A DNA stretch of 64,000 bases from Candidatus Nomurabacteria bacterium (GCA_943356495.1 CALRFF010000001.1:92864-156863); one strand, 5' to 3'; shown: positions 1 to 10,788, numbered from the stretch's first letter. Made by a program: numbers and translations. Notes: generated by a model from the sequence alone, not told the origin.

Positions 1-146
1 ACCATCTCCGACATACCGGCGCCCTCCAAACCTTCTATTTCTGCAACGCCGTCGCCCACACGCAATACCACACCGGTGTTTTTAGGGCGTGCCGAAGGTT
101 TAAAGCCTTCTATCTCTTTTTTAAATTGTTCGATGAAGTTAGACAT
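1..146 (-). CDS. atpA: F1Fo ATP synthase subunit alpha, N-terminal part (runs off the window)
   Basis: Manual translation MSNFIEQFKKEIEGFKPSARPKNTGVVLRVGDGVAEIEGLEGAGMSEMV; G-x-V-x-x-VGDGVA motif; follows atpB-E-F-H. Confidence 0.93.
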   Translation of the reverse strand, partial: MSNFIEQFKKEIEGFKPSARPKNTGVVLRVGDGVAEIEGLEGAGMSEM

Positions 147-378
147 GGGTCAGTGTGTTATACAGTTCGAGCAACATCCGCGTGCGTTCCCGTTCGGGGG
201 TTATCTTTTTATGTTCTGCCAACCGCTCCGCCCCCAATACCAGTTTTTTATACTCGGCGTAAATCTGCGGGAGCAGTGTTTCGTGTCCGCGGCGTTTCAG
301 TACCTCGCGCAAACCGGTAAGGTGTTTGGCGTCGCCGCCCAGTTGATATAACGCTTTGGCATAGTCGGTAGCGATCAT
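139..378 (-). CDS. atpH: Putative ATP synthase subunit delta, very short form (79 aa)
   Basis: Lies between atpF and atpA; N-terminal 'YAKALY' motif typical of delta/OSCP. Confidence 0.65.
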   Translation of the reverse strand: MIATDYAKALYQLGGDAKHLTGLREVLKRRGHETLLPQIYAEYKKLVLGAERLAEHKKITPERERTRMLLELYNTLTHV

Positions 379-382
379 ATAG

Positions 383-823
383 TTATTTGCTCATCGCCTT
401 TTCCATACCAAGGACGATAAGTTTGGCGACCTCTTGCTTGCTTTCTTCTATCGCGCGGGTTTTAAGCTCGCTCGCCTGCGCCTCGGCGTCTTTAATCATG
501 GTGTTTGCGGCACTCTCGCCGTGCGCAAGAATTTGGCGCTCTTTTTCAAGCGCGGCAGCACGGGCCTCGGCCACGATGCCGTCGGCTTCCTTGCCTGCAA
601 CACTCAAGATTTCTTGGCGGGAGCCCTCTATCTCAGAGAGTTTTAGCTCGGCGGCCTGCGCTGCGGCAACGCCCTGTGCAACTTTTTGTCGGCGCTCTTC
701 GAGCACTCGCGTCACCGGCCCGTACAGGAAGTACCACAGCGCCAGCATAAGCGCGCCGAAGTTGACGGCGTTAATGATGAGGAGCCGCCAGTCTACGCCG
801 AATGTCGAGAGGACCGATTCCAT
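383..823 (-). CDS. atpF: ATP synthase Fo subunit b
   Basis: N-terminal TM 'INAVNFGALMLALWYFLYGPV..LEERRQK' followed by a coiled coil; operon position. Confidence 0.93.
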   Translation of the reverse strand: MESVLSTFGVDWRLLIINAVNFGALMLALWYFLYGPVTRVLEERRQKVAQGVAAAQAAELKLSEIEGSRQEILSVAGKEADGIVAEARAAALEKERQILAHGESAANTMIKDAEAQASELKTRAIEESKQEVAKLIVLGMEKAMSK

Positions 824-831
824 GGAACGTG

Positions 832-1086
<255 letters not shown>

Positions 1087-1845
1087 CTAATGTGCAGAGC
1101 CCATCACGCCGTGATCCTCGATAGCGAGCTTAATGAACGCCATGGTAAGGATCGCGAAGATACCCGCCTGCAGAATCCCGATAAAGGCCTCAAAGGCCAT
1201 AAGCGGCACCGGCAGGAAGTACGGCACGAAGGTCCCAATAACCATCAGCAGCACCTCTCCCGCAAAAATGGCCCCGAAGAGCCTGAAGGAAAACGAGATA
1301 AGGCGCGCCAAGTTCCCGATAAGCTCGAGAAGCCCGACGATAAACCCCATCGCGCCTCCTGTAAAGTTAACAAATTTAGAGCCGTACTTCAATACGCCGA
1401 GCGTAAAGATGCCGGAGAGCTCGATAACTACAAACGCGATAATCGCGAGCGCGAGCGTTACGTTTAGGTCGGCGTTGACGCCGCGAAAGAGCGGTATAAA
1501 CTCCTCGCCGTGATGGATACCGAACGTGCCGAAGATAGGCAGGAAGTTAAGCATGTTTGCGGCGAGGATAAAAAGGAATATCGTCGCGATAAACGGAAAG
1601 TACCGCAACGCCAGCGCACGAGTGCCCAACGTCTGCTCCATAATGCCCAGCACGTACTCGATAAGCATTTCAAACGCGTTTTGGAGCTTACCGGGGACTA
1701 GCGACAGCCTGCGGCGTACCAAAAAACCAAGCAATATAAGGATACTCATGACCACCCAGGCGGTTATGAGCGCATTGTTTATGGGCAGACCAAACAGGGT
1801 ACCTACCCGCTCGGCCGCGAGCGATATATGCAGCTCTTTCTCCAT
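1087..1845 (-). CDS. atpB: ATP synthase Fo subunit a (start could be 1857)
   Basis: 'PGKLQNAFE', 'NADLNVTLALA', 'SFSFRLFG', 'LQAGIF' motifs. Confidence 0.95.
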   Translation of the reverse strand: MEKELHISLAAERVGTLFGLPINNALITAWVVMSILILLGFLVRRRLSLVPGKLQNAFEMLIEYVLGIMEQTLGTRALALRYFPFIATIFLFILAANMLNFLPIFGTFGIHHGEEFIPLFRGVNADLNVTLALAIIAFVVIELSGIFTLGVLKYGSKFVNFTGGAMGFIVGLLELIGNLARLISFSFRLFGAIFAGEVLLMVIGTFVPYFLPVPLMAFEAFIGILQAGIFAILTMAFIKLAIEDHGVMGSAH

Positions 1846-1986
1846 TGATAGAGCCATTTTAACACAGCTGTACAAAAAATTCCCCCTTCATGCTTTTTAC
1901 AGATATACTAAGGTATCTGTGTAATACGGCTGAGATGGAGCCGTCATAACGGTTGTGCGGATTATTCGCTATATAAAAAATAACGT

Positions 1987-2526
1987 ATGCCTTTTATCGC
2001 AATAGCACTTATGGTCGCGGCTGCGCTCGGCGGCGGCGTTTCCGTAGCAGCCAATAACTCGCTCCCGGGCGACGCGTTGTGGGGTTTTAAAACCTCAGTT
2101 AACGAAAGTATCCGGGGGGCCTTTACTGCCGGCGACGAAGCAAAGGCTAACTGGGACATCGCTGTAGTGTCGGCGCGCCTCGACGAGGCACAAAAACTTG
2201 CCGTAGAAGGCAAGCTCGATGCTGATGTGCAGGCCAAGATTATGGCAAACTTTGACGCCCATGCGCAAGATATTGCCGAGCGTATAAGCAAGCTCCAAGT
2301 ATCAGGCAAAGCTGATGTTGCGGCCGATGTTGCGGCGCGCTTCCAGGCGCAGCTTGCACAGCACGCTTCTGCTATAACCGAGGCTTCGACCGCGCAAGAG
2401 GCGCACGTACAGGCGACTATGGTCCCCTTCCTTGCCTCGGTACGCGGCACGCTTGATGCGGCAGCCAATCTTTCGGCCAGCGCATCAAACCACACCAGCG
2501 CTACTGGCACGATCAACGTACTCTAA
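1987..2526 (+). CDS. Secreted/membrane-anchored helical protein, DUF5667-like
   Basis: Signal/TM segment followed by 'SLPGDALWGFKTSVNE', resembling DUF5667. Confidence 0.65.
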   Translation: MPFIAIALMVAAALGGGVSVAANNSLPGDALWGFKTSVNESIRGAFTAGDEAKANWDIAVVSARLDEAQKLAVEGKLDADVQAKIMANFDAHAQDIAERISKLQVSGKADVAADVAARFQAQLAQHASAITEASTAQEAHVQATMVPFLASVRGTLDAAANLSASASNHTSATGTINVL

Positions 2527-2878
2527 AAAAGGCCGCGTACAACATCCACGCGACAAACGCGCCAATGCTGTCGTTACCAAGATCCATAACCGAGTCGGCA
2601 AATCCGCCACTTAACCCTTCTATACTTTCCCAAGCTTCCCATGCGCCGCCTACCGCAAGGGTCAGGCCGACCATGTACAGTAGGGTCCGTATCGGCGGCA
2701 GCTGTGCGCGCGAGGCAACAGCCCCCACCCACAGTCCGATAGTAAGCCCGCCGAGCATATGCGTCGGCACGTCCCACCAATCATAGGTCCAGTACAACGA
2801 GTCGATAATCCCAAACCAATGCATCGCGCCGGTCGCGCATACCGCCGCAAGCGCTAAGGCATTAAAAAGAAGCGGCAT
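2513..2878 (-). CDS. Small integral membrane protein (DUF2238/VanZ-like)
   Basis: 4 TM segments; 'WWDVPTHMLGG', 'WEAWE', 'DSVMDLGNDSIGA'. Confidence 0.7.
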   Translation of the reverse strand: MPLLFNALALAAVCATGAMHWFGIIDSLYWTYDWWDVPTHMLGGLTIGLWVGAVASRAQLPPIRTLLYMVGLTLAVGGAWEAWESIEGLSGGFADSVMDLGNDSIGAFVAWMLYAAFFRVR

Positions 2879-2907
2879 GTGCCCTCATGATATCATTTGT
2901 CTAACGC

Positions 2908-4272
2908 ATGGACGTCCTTACTTTTTCGCGCCTGCAGTTTGGCGACACCGCGGCATTTCATATCCTCTGGCCGATTATGTCTATCGGGCTTTCGCTGTAC
3001 ATGCTGGTTATGGAAGTGGCGTGGTTATACACCGGCAACGAGTCGTACTACCGACAACTACGCTTCTGGACCAAAATTTTTATACTTACCTTTGCTATGG
3101 GCACCGCGAGCGGCATACCGCTCCAGTTTGAATTCGGCACCAACTGGGCCGCCTTTAGCGCGGCCACCGGCGACTTCTTCGGCAACATACTGGGCTTCGA
3201 GTCTACGGTTGCGTTTGCCCTCGAGGCCGCGTTTTTGGGTATTTTTGTCTTCGGGTGGAACAAGGTGGGCCGCGGCGCGCACTTGTTTGCCAACGCGATG
3301 ATATTTGTCGGCGCAACGCTGTCGGCGTTTTGGATTATGGCCGCCAACTCGTGGATGCAGATACCCGTCGGGGTCGTGGTCGAAGGGAGCAAGCTTATCG
3401 TCTCCGACTATATGGCGGCGATATTTAACCCCGGCACCATAGTGTCCTTTTTGCACATGTGGGTCGCGTGCATTGAAAGTACGCTGTTTATGATGACCGG
3501 CATTTGCGCGATGGTGCTATTGTTCGGCACCCGCGACACCGCGCAACGGGAGTTTTTTCTTACTGCGTTTAAATACTGCGTCGCACTGGCGATTATTATC
3601 GTGCCGATACAGCTCGGCATCGGCCACGTAAGCGGCGAAACGGTGGCCAAGTACCAACCCGCAAAACTTGCCGCCACCGAGTTGCACTGGGACACCAACG
3701 CGCCGGGCACCGGCGCGGCGCTTAACTTGTTTGCATGGCCGGCCGCAGAGGGCGGCCGCAACTCCTTTGCGCTTGCCATACCGGGCGGACTTTCGTTTAT
3801 CACCACCGTACCGCAAGACGGCGTGGTACGCGGGCTCAATAGCTTCCCCGCCGCCGACCGCCCCACCACACTCGAAGCGACTATCGTGTTTTACTCTTTC
3901 CGGTTAATGGTCGGTATCGGGGTCGTGCTGTTGCTGCTCATGTTTGCAGGCGCATGGTACTGGGGCAAGGGGCGCTTAACGCTTGCCAAAATAGACAAAC
4001 ACAGAGTCTTTTGGTGGTTGTGGGTGCTGGCCTTGCCGCTTGGGTTTATCGCAACCGAAGCCGGCTGGATGGTGCGCGAAATAGGACGCCAACCATGGGT
4101 GGTATACAACCTTATGCGCACCAGCGAAGGGCTTTCAAGCAACCTCAACGTGGTTACCGTTGCCGCTACCACTATCATCTTTACACTGCTGTACCTCATA
4201 TTCGGCGCGCTGTTTATCTACTTTACGTACCGGATTGTTAAAAAAGGCCCCGACCTGACAACCCCCGTATGA
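2908..4272 (+). CDS. cydA: Cytochrome bd ubiquinol oxidase subunit I
   Basis: 'SRLQF..FHILW', 'FEFGTNW', 'ANSWMQ', 'FLHMW', 'QPAKLAATE', 'FRLMVG', 'EAGW..REIGRQPW'. Confidence 0.97.
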   Translation: MDVLTFSRLQFGDTAAFHILWPIMSIGLSLYMLVMEVAWLYTGNESYYRQLRFWTKIFILTFAMGTASGIPLQFEFGTNWAAFSAATGDFFGNILGFESTVAFALEAAFLGIFVFGWNKVGRGAHLFANAMIFVGATLSAFWIMAANSWMQIPVGVVVEGSKLIVSDYMAAIFNPGTIVSFLHMWVACIESTLFMMTGICAMVLLFGTRDTAQREFFLTAFKYCVALAIIIVPIQLGIGHVSGETVAKYQPAKLAATELHWDTNAPGTGAALNLFAWPAAEGGRNSFALAIPGGLSFITTVPQDGVVRGLNSFPAADRPTTLEATIVFYSFRLMVGIGVVLLLLMFAGAWYWGKGRLTLAKIDKHRVFWWLWVLALPLGFIATEAGWMVREIGRQPWVVYNLMRTSEGLSSNLNVVTVAATTIIFTLLYLIFGALFIYFTYRIVKKGPDLTTPV

Positions 4273-5273
4273 TAGACCTCCCTACCATTTGGTTCGGTAT
4301 TTTGTGTCTGCAGATAGCCCTGTATATTTTGCTCGACGGCGCCGACTTGGGGCTGGGGCTCTTGTCGCTCCTGCCTAAAAAAGAGTCGGAGGAGTCTCTC
4401 ATGATGCAGACCGTCGGACCCATTTGGGACGCCAATGAAACATGGTTGGTTATCGCCGCCGGTACGCTGTTCGGCGCTTTCCCTTTGGCGTACTCGATTA
4501 TCCTCAACGCGCTCTACATACCGGTCATGCTTTTATTGTTTGGACTTATTTTGCGCGCCGCCTCCTTCGAATTTCACACACTGGCGCACAATAAAAAAAT
4601 ATGGAGTCTGATGTTTGGTGTCGGGAGCCTTATGGCAATTGTAGGGCAAGGCACCGCGCTCGGCGGACTCTTAGGCGGTATTACGATAGTAGACGGGCAA
4701 TTTGCGGGCGGCGCATTCGACTGGGTTACGCCGCTTACCTTATTTATTACGGTGGGCGTGGCGTTTAGCTACGCGGTAGTGGGCTATGCCTACTTGATAA
4801 AAAAGACCTCGCACGAAATGGCCGGTAATAGCTTTGCACATGTACTGGTGGCCGCGGGAGTTACCTTTGTCGCATTTTTAACCGCCACACTCATGCTCCC
4901 GCAAATGCAGTATGTATTCCTCTCGCGTTGGTCGACAGCGCCGGCAAACTACTTGCTGTTTGCTATTGCAGGCGCTATCGGGCTGGTATCACTGTTGCTG
5001 TGTTACGACTTGTTGCGCAAACGGCATCGCGAACACTTGCACACGCTGTGCATGATTATTTTTGTGCTTGCGATGGCCGGCATGTTGGTGGGCGTCTACC
5101 CGTACCTGATACCGCCGATGCTCACGATACAAGCCGCCGCCGCGTCGGAAAAAACACTGCAGTTTATGCTGTACGGCATTGCGCCCTTATTGCCTATTGT
5201 GCTGGCGTATAACTTTTATCTCTACCGCGTATTCCGCCGGCACATGGGCCCTAGCGAGCGCGAAGGATACTAA
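4269..5273 (+). CDS. cydB: Cytochrome bd ubiquinol oxidase subunit II
   Basis: 'LDGADLG', 'GPIWDANETWLV', 'FGAFP', 'LRAASFEF'; ATGA overlap with cydA. Confidence 0.96.
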   Translation: MIDLPTIWFGILCLQIALYILLDGADLGLGLLSLLPKKESEESLMMQTVGPIWDANETWLVIAAGTLFGAFPLAYSIILNALYIPVMLLLFGLILRAASFEFHTLAHNKKIWSLMFGVGSLMAIVGQGTALGGLLGGITIVDGQFAGGAFDWVTPLTLFITVGVAFSYAVVGYAYLIKKTSHEMAGNSFAHVLVAAGVTFVAFLTATLMLPQMQYVFLSRWSTAPANYLLFAIAGAIGLVSLLLCYDLLRKRHREHLHTLCMIIFVLAMAGMLVGVYPYLIPPMLTIQAAAASEKTLQFMLYGIAPLLPIVLAYNFYLYRVFRRHMGPSEREGY

Positions 5274-5277
5274 CAAG

Positions 5278-5348
5278 TGGACCTGGCGAGAATCGAACTC
5301 GCGCCTCTGCAATGCGAATGCAGCGTTTTACCACTTAACTACAGGCCC
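5278..5348 (-). tRNA. tRNA-Ala(CGC)
   Basis: Cloverleaf GGGCCTG...; anticodon arm CTGCA-TTCGCAT-TGCAG; GTTCGA T-loop. Confidence 0.93.
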
Positions 5349-5379
5349 TGTTTCGCCTAAGCATAAGCAAAGACGAAGT

Positions 5380-5453
5380 TGGTCGGGATGCAGAGAATCG
5401 AACTCTGGTTTCACGCACCCGAAGCGTGCATAATACCACTATACGACATCCCG
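5380..5453 (-). tRNA. tRNA-Pro(CGG), CCA encoded
   Basis: CGGGATG acceptor stem; CACGC-TTCGGGT-GCGTG anticodon arm. Confidence 0.93.
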
Positions 5454-5494
5454 ATTGACGAACGCACTAAAATATATCAGCAAAAAGCTTTTTG

Positions 5495-5568
5495 TGCACC
5501 TTGAGAGGCTCGAACTCCCGACCTCGCCAGTGTGAGTGGCGCGCTCTAACCAACTGAGCTAAAGGTGC
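5495..5568 (-). tRNA. tRNA-Val(CAC)
   Basis: TAGCTCAGTTGGTTAGAGC D-arm; CGCCA-CTCACAC-TGGCG anticodon arm. Confidence 0.93.
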
Positions 5569-5572
5569 TTTG

Positions 5573-5645
5573 TGGACCCAACCGGGATCGAACCGGTCAC
5601 CTCCTCATTGCAAATGAGGCGCTCTACCAAATGAGCTATGGGCCC
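5573..5645 (-). tRNA. tRNA-Ala(TGC)
   Basis: GGGCCCA stem; CCTCA-TTTGCAA-TGAGG anticodon arm. Confidence 0.94.
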
Positions 5646-5687
5646 AAGCGAGGTACAAAAACTAAACGCTACCAGCACAGAATACGA

Positions 5688-6023
5688 TTATTTTGTGATT
5701 TCGTCTATCTTGGCGGCAACAATGAAGTCGTTTATCGAAAGTCCGCCTATGGCATGGGTAGTAAGCTCCACACCCATGTTGCCGTAGCCCACGGTCATGT
5801 CGGGGTGGTGTTGCTCCTCCTCGGCAATGGCGCCGACCTTGTTGGCAAACGCGAGCGCTTGCTTAAAGTCTTTAAAGGTAAAGGTACGCGCCAGCATACG
5901 ATGCTGGTCTATCAGCATCCACTCTTCGCTCAACTCTTTCATTAGTTCCTCTGTTTGATCGGGATTAAGCGGGTCTACTCCACCCTCGCACGGGACGCAT
6001 TTTTTATCTTTGAGTTTAGCCAT
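5688..6023 (-). CDS. phhB: Pterin-4a-carbinolamine dehydratase
   Basis: 'KKCVPCEGG', 'F.FKDF..AL.FAN.VG.IAEEEQHHPD', 'TTHAIGGLS.NDFI.AAKID'. Confidence 0.92.
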   Translation of the reverse strand: MAKLKDKKCVPCEGGVDPLNPDQTEELMKELSEEWMLIDQHRMLARTFTFKDFKQALAFANKVGAIAEEEQHHPDMTVGYGNMGVELTTHAIGGLSINDFIVAAKIDEITK

Positions 6024-6981
6024 GGCGTCGGGCCAACGTTATCACATGGTCAAGAAAATGCGAGAGGCTCGAACCGCCAGCTGCAAGCGCTTTGGGCAAG
6101 AGCGACTCTGAAGTTAAGCCAGGGAGTGTATTAACCTCTAAAAAGTAGATCCCACGCGGACTCACAATAAAGTCCGAACGCGAGTAATGTGCGAGGCCAA
6201 GCCCTTCGTGTACCGCGCGAGCGGCATTGGCAAGCAACTGCTTTTCTTGGTCGGTAAAGTGCCCCGGCACGCGTTCCAAGGTGTGTCCGCTGTATTTGGC
6301 ATCGTAGTCGAAAAAACTCGAGGTGGGCGGCGGCACGATTTCTACCGGCATCAGCGCATAGGTGCGCTCACCTCTAAAATCGTCGAGTACGCCCACGGTC
6401 GCCTCGCGGCCTTTTATAAACTCTTCCACAAGCACCTTAGGCGACACGGCAAACGCGCGCTCAAGCGCCCACTCTAAGCCGTGGAAATTGTGCGCAACCG
6501 ATGTACCCACCGAGGAGCCTCCGGTAACCGGTTTAACGATAGCGGGGTGCGGAAAGGTGCGAAAGAGTTCGTGCGCCAACTCTGTGACACTGCGGCCGCT
6601 TTCCACCACTCTGCCGTGGGCGATTTTTATACCAAGCGGCACCACCGCCTCGCGTGTACGATGTTTGTTAAAGGCAAGGCCGGAGGAGTGCGTACCCGAG
6701 CCGGTGTACGGCACGGCCAACGAATCGAGTAGGCGCTGCACCGTGCCGTCCTCACCGTACTCGCCGTGCATAGCATTAAAGGCCACATCTACCCCGCGCA
6801 ACGCACGCTCGGGGTGCATAGCAACGCCGTGCAGGTGCCACTCGCCGTCGCGCGAGATAAATATATCGCGCGGCTCATATTTTTCCTTATCCAAGTGCTG
6901 CAAAACGCTCGCGCCTGTTTTAAGCGAGACTTCGTACTCATTGCTGGGGCCTCCACGCAATACCCCGACCACAGTTCTCAT
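6016..6981 (-). CDS. ddl: D-alanine--D-alanine ligase
   Basis: 'GGPSNEYEVSL', 'HGEYGEDG', 'GGSSVG', 'FFDYDAKY', 'LEVNTLPGLT'. Confidence 0.96.
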   Translation of the reverse strand: MRTVVGVLRGGPSNEYEVSLKTGASVLQHLDKEKYEPRDIFISRDGEWHLHGVAMHPERALRGVDVAFNAMHGEYGEDGTVQRLLDSLAVPYTGSGTHSSGLAFNKHRTREAVVPLGIKIAHGRVVESGRSVTELAHELFRTFPHPAIVKPVTGGSSVGTSVAHNFHGLEWALERAFAVSPKVLVEEFIKGREATVGVLDDFRGERTYALMPVEIVPPPTSSFFDYDAKYSGHTLERVPGHFTDQEKQLLANAARAVHEGLGLAHYSRSDFIVSPRGIYFLEVNTLPGLTSESLLPKALAAGGSSLSHFLDHVITLARRHG

Positions 6982-6985
6982 GACA

Positions 6986-8221
6986 CTAGTATAAACCCAT
7001 TTCCTTACGACTACGTTTCCGATGAAAACCTATAGCAAAGCGGTGGGCCTCGGCGTTGGCAAGGAGTATGTCGCGCTCGCGACCGGCGACATGCTCGCGG
7101 CTTCCCCGTATTTCGCGCGGCCGATGCTTTTCGTCTTTAACCACGCCGACTACCGGTATCTGTATACCCAAAGAAGCCAGGAGTTTTTCCGCGGCGCTTA
7201 TTTGCGCAGTAGAGCCGTCCACGGCAATAAGTTTCGGCAACGGCCACTCATCATGTCCAAGGCGGCGGCTGAGTATCTCGCGCAACGCGCCGGTATCGTC
7301 TCCTCCTTTGGCCGTGCGGATAGTAAACTTCCGGTACTCGTTTTTATTCGCGACGCCGTCCTCTACTACCGTCATGACGCCCACTGTTGATGTACCGCCC
7401 AAGTGCGCTACATCGTATGCCTCAATACGCATACTGCGCCCCGCCGCACCATACGCACGATACTCGTCTTTTATAAGCGAAATGTCTTGTATGTGGGTAA
7501 GCGCAAACAGCTGCCCGCGCAAGCGTTTTGCATCTTCAAACTGTTCGGCTTTTGCGGCGGCTTTCATCTCGCGCCCGAGCGTTTGTAGCAACTCTTTTTT
7601 CTTTCCCTGGAATAACAGCACAATGTGCCGCACGATGCGGCGATACTCGGCTTGTGTAATCTCGCCCGAGCATACGCCCGGACACAAACCCAGCTGCGCG
7701 TTAAAACAGCGCTTGCCCGAGTTAGGTACACATTTGTCGCGGTAAGGGAAAATTTTGCGGATAAGTTTCATGGCGGCTTGCAACTGCAGTCCGTGGGGGA
7801 ACGGGCCAAACGTGTACCCGCGCGTTTTTGCAGGAAACTCCTGTTCTATATTTTTGCCGCGCACCACCAACACCCGCGGGTAGTCCTCGCGAGTTACCAC
7901 AACATAATTCCAACTCTTATCGTCCTTTAAGTCGGTGTTTGCTTTAGGTTTGTGCGTTTTAACAAGGCTCGCCTCTAAAATCAGCGCCTCAAGCACCGAG
8001 TCGGTTTGCCGCCACTCCAGCGTAACCGCGTCGGCAACCATCTTTACGATAAGCGGCGACCGCACCACATTAAGATCTTTAGCAAAGTAACTGCGTGTCC
8101 GGTCGCGCAAGCTGGTGGCTTTGCCTATATAGAGCACTTTTTTGTTTTTACCCAAAAAGAAGTACACCCCCGGTCCGTCGGGGATCTTAGCTATTCTTTT
8201 TTTAAACTGCTCGAGCGTCAT
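6986..8221 (-). CDS. uvrC: Excinuclease ABC subunit C, compact form (GIY-YIG, UVR and RNase H-like domains)
   Basis: 'PGVY..LYIGKA..LR.R..SYF', 'EQFEDA..LR', 'IEAYDVAH', 'EAHRFAI.FHR'; lacks the C-terminal HhH. Confidence 0.93.
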   Translation of the reverse strand: MTLEQFKKRIAKIPDGPGVYFFLGKNKKVLYIGKATSLRDRTRSYFAKDLNVVRSPLIVKMVADAVTLEWRQTDSVLEALILEASLVKTHKPKANTDLKDDKSWNYVVVTREDYPRVLVVRGKNIEQEFPAKTRGYTFGPFPHGLQLQAAMKLIRKIFPYRDKCVPNSGKRCFNAQLGLCPGVCSGEITQAEYRRIVRHIVLLFQGKKKELLQTLGREMKAAAKAEQFEDAKRLRGQLFALTHIQDISLIKDEYRAYGAAGRSMRIEAYDVAHLGGTSTVGVMTVVEDGVANKNEYRKFTIRTAKGGDDTGALREILSRRLGHDEWPLPKLIAVDGSTAQISAAEKLLASLGIQIPVVGVVKDEKHRPREIRGSREHVAGRERDILLANAEAHRFAIGFHRKRSRKEMGLY

Positions 8222-10788
8222 AGTACCCGCTTTAAGTACTTGCCGGTGTGAGACTGTTTGTTGTTGGCTATCTCCTCCGGTGTGCCTTTGGCTACAAGAT
8301 TGCCGCCACCTACCCCGCCCTCGGGGCCAAAGTCGAGTACATAGTCGGCCGACTTAATAACATCCATATTGTGTTCAATGAGCACTACGCTATTACCGGC
8401 GACCACCAGCCGGTTAAGTATGTCGATCAGTTTGCGCACGTCTTCGTAGTGCAGACCCACGGTCGGCTCGTCGAGCAGATAAATTGTCTTTTGCAGATGC
8501 GGGCGGTACAGCTCGCTGCTAATTTTGACGCGCTGTGCCTCCCCGCCGGAAAGCGTGGTCGCGCTCTGGCCAAGCTCAAGATAGCCCAAGCCTACTTCCT
8601 CTAACGTCTTAAGCCGGTCATAAATGGCGGGTATGTCGTTAAAGAATTGTATCGCCTCCTCGACCGTCATTTTGAGCACATCGTAAATACTCTTTTTTTT
8701 ATATTTAACTTCCAGTGTCTCCTTCATAAAACGCTTGCCGTTACAGACATCGCAGGTAACGTACACGGTGGGCAAAAAATGCATTTCGACCGCTATCATG
8801 CCGTTGCCTTCGCACACCTCGCAGCGGCCGCCGCCGCGCTCTTGCTTAACGTTAAAGGAAAAGCGATTGGCCTTCCAGCCACGGGCACGGGCCTCGCCCG
8901 TCGTGGCAAATAGGTCACGGATAAAGGTAAAGGCCCCTGTGTAGGTTGCGGGGTTAGAGCGCGGCGTGCGGCCGATGGGGCTTTGGTCAATAAGTATCGC
9001 GCGGCTGACATGCTCGGTGCCGGTAACACTCGATGCGTTGTGTGTTTTATTGCTGCGGTACTCCTTATCAAAGCGGGCGCGCAAGTTTTCGTACAAAATT
9101 TCGTACAAAAAAGTCGACTTGCCCGAGCCGGACACGCCGGTAATAGCCACCATCCGCCCAAGTGGCAGGTCGACGGTTAGGTTTTTTATATTAAAGGCTT
9201 TGCCGCCTTTTATTTTTATAGCGCCCTTGTCCTTCTCTCGGCGAGTCTCCGGCACCTCGATAGCCTTTTCGCCGCGCAAGTAGCTGAGTGTCACCGAGCC
9301 GCTCTCGTTCTTTTTGGCGGTTAGGAGCTTCTCCAGCCAACCTTCGGCCACGATATGGCCGCCGTGTACGCCCGCACCCGGCCCGATGTCCACCAGGTAG
9401 TCGCCCGCATAAATGGTGTCTTCATCGTGCTCGACGACAATAATAGTGTTGCCCAAGTCGCGCAGGTTGAGCAGGGTTTTTATCAGGCGCTCGTTGTCCC
9501 GCTGATGCAGGCCGATGGTCGGCTCATCAAGCACATACAGCGCACCCACCAAGCCGGAGCCGAGTTGCGAGGCCAAACGGATACGCTGCGCCTCGCCGCC
9601 GCTAAGCGTATTGGCGCGCCGGTCGAGCGTAAGGTAGTCGAGCCCTACATCGAGCATAAACTTTAGTCGTGCTGAAATTTCTTTAATTACCGTCTTTGAG
9701 ATTTCTTGGTCCTTCTTGCTCAACTCAAGCTTGCTAAAGAAAGTGTACGCGTCTTGTATCGACTGCGTCGTAATATCAACAATATTTACTTTATCGCCTA
9801 AAAATACGTTAAGCGCCTCCGGGCGCAGGCGCTTACCCTCGCAGACCGGGCACGGCTCGTCGGACCAAAAATGCTTGGTGCCAAGGCCGTTGCAGGCCGG
9901 ACAGGCGCCGTACGGCGAGTTAAAGGAAAAAAGGCGCGGCTCTACCTCGGGGAAGGAAAATCCGTCGTACGCGCACATAAACTTGCTCGAGATAATCCGC
10001 TCAGCACCCGCCTCTTCTATTTTTACCAGCCCGTCGGCCTCGCCCAGCGCGCGCTCTACCGCCTCGCTCAAACGCTCAAGCGCCGGCTTTTTATCCCTCT
10101 GAAATTCAGATATTAAAATCTCATCCACCAGGGCATCGATGTCATGCTTTTTGTGGCGGCTCAACTCTACCCGGTCGCGCAGACTTACCAACTTGCCGTC
10201 GACTTTTGCTTTTTCGAACCCCTTACCTAAAAGGTCGTAGAGCAGCTGGTAGTACTCGCCCTTGCGGCCGACCACGACCGGCGCATAAATACGCACTACA
10301 TCATCACTGATATCAACACCCATTACTTTTTTAGTTTTCTTGGGCACGTGGCTACTGACCGTCTCGACCACGCTTTGGATAATCTCTTCGTTGCTGTGCT
10401 TTTTTATCTCCCGCCCGCAGACCAAGCAGTGCGGCTTGCCCACGCGCGCATAGAGTATGCGCAGGTAATCGTAAATCTCGGTAATCGTCGCTACTGTTGA
10501 GCGCGGGTTGTTGCTGCGCGACTTTTGATCGATAGATATGGCGGGCGAAAGGCCCGTAATCTCCTCGACATCGGGCTTTTGCATCTGCCGTAAAAATTGG
10601 CGCGCATAGGCCGAAAGCGATTCTATGTAGCGGCGCTGGCCTTCGGCAAAAATAGTATCAAACGCCAAAGACGACTTGCCGCTGCCGGAAAGTCCTGTAA
10701 AAACGACCATTTTATTGCGCGGTATCTTAAGGTCGATGTTCTTAAGATTGTGCGTTTTTGCCCCTTTGATGTGTATAAAGTCTTCCAT
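8218..10788 (-). CDS. uvrA: Excinuclease ABC subunit A
   Basis: Two Walker A motifs ([16 protein letters not shown]), LSGGEAQR twice, zinc fingers. Confidence 0.98.
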   Translation of the reverse strand: MEDFIHIKGAKTHNLKNIDLKIPRNKMVVFTGLSGSGKSSLAFDTIFAEGQRRYIESLSAYARQFLRQMQKPDVEEITGLSPAISIDQKSRSNNPRSTVATITEIYDYLRILYARVGKPHCLVCGREIKKHSNEEIIQSVVETVSSHVPKKTKKVMGVDISDDVVRIYAPVVVGRKGEYYQLLYDLLGKGFEKAKVDGKLVSLRDRVELSRHKKHDIDALVDEILISEFQRDKKPALERLSEAVERALGEADGLVKIEEAGAERIISSKFMCAYDGFSFPEVEPRLFSFNSPYGACPACNGLGTKHFWSDEPCPVCEGKRLRPEALNVFLGDKVNIVDITTQSIQDAYTFFSKLELSKKDQEISKTVIKEISARLKFMLDVGLDYLTLDRRANTLSGGEAQRIRLASQLGSGLVGALYVLDEPTIGLHQRDNERLIKTLLNLRDLGNTIIVVEHDEDTIYAGDYLVDIGPGAGVHGGHIVAEGWLEKLLTAKKNESGSVTLSYLRGEKAIEVPETRREKDKGAIKIKGGKAFNIKNLTVDLPLGRMVAITGVSGSGKSTFLYEILYENLRARFDKEYRSNKTHNASSVTGTEHVSRAILIDQSPIGRTPRSNPATYTGAFTFIRDLFATTGEARARGWKANRFSFNVKQERGGGRCEVCEGNGMIAVEMHFLPTVYVTCDVCNGKRFMKETLEVKYKKKSIYDVLKMTVEEAIQFFNDIPAIYDRLKTLEEVGLGYLELGQSATTLSGGEAQRVKISSELYRPHLQKTIYLLDEPTVGLHYEDVRKLIDILNRLVVAGNSVVLIEHNMDVIKSADYVLDFGPEGGVGGGNLVAKGTPEEIANNKQSHTGKYLKRVL

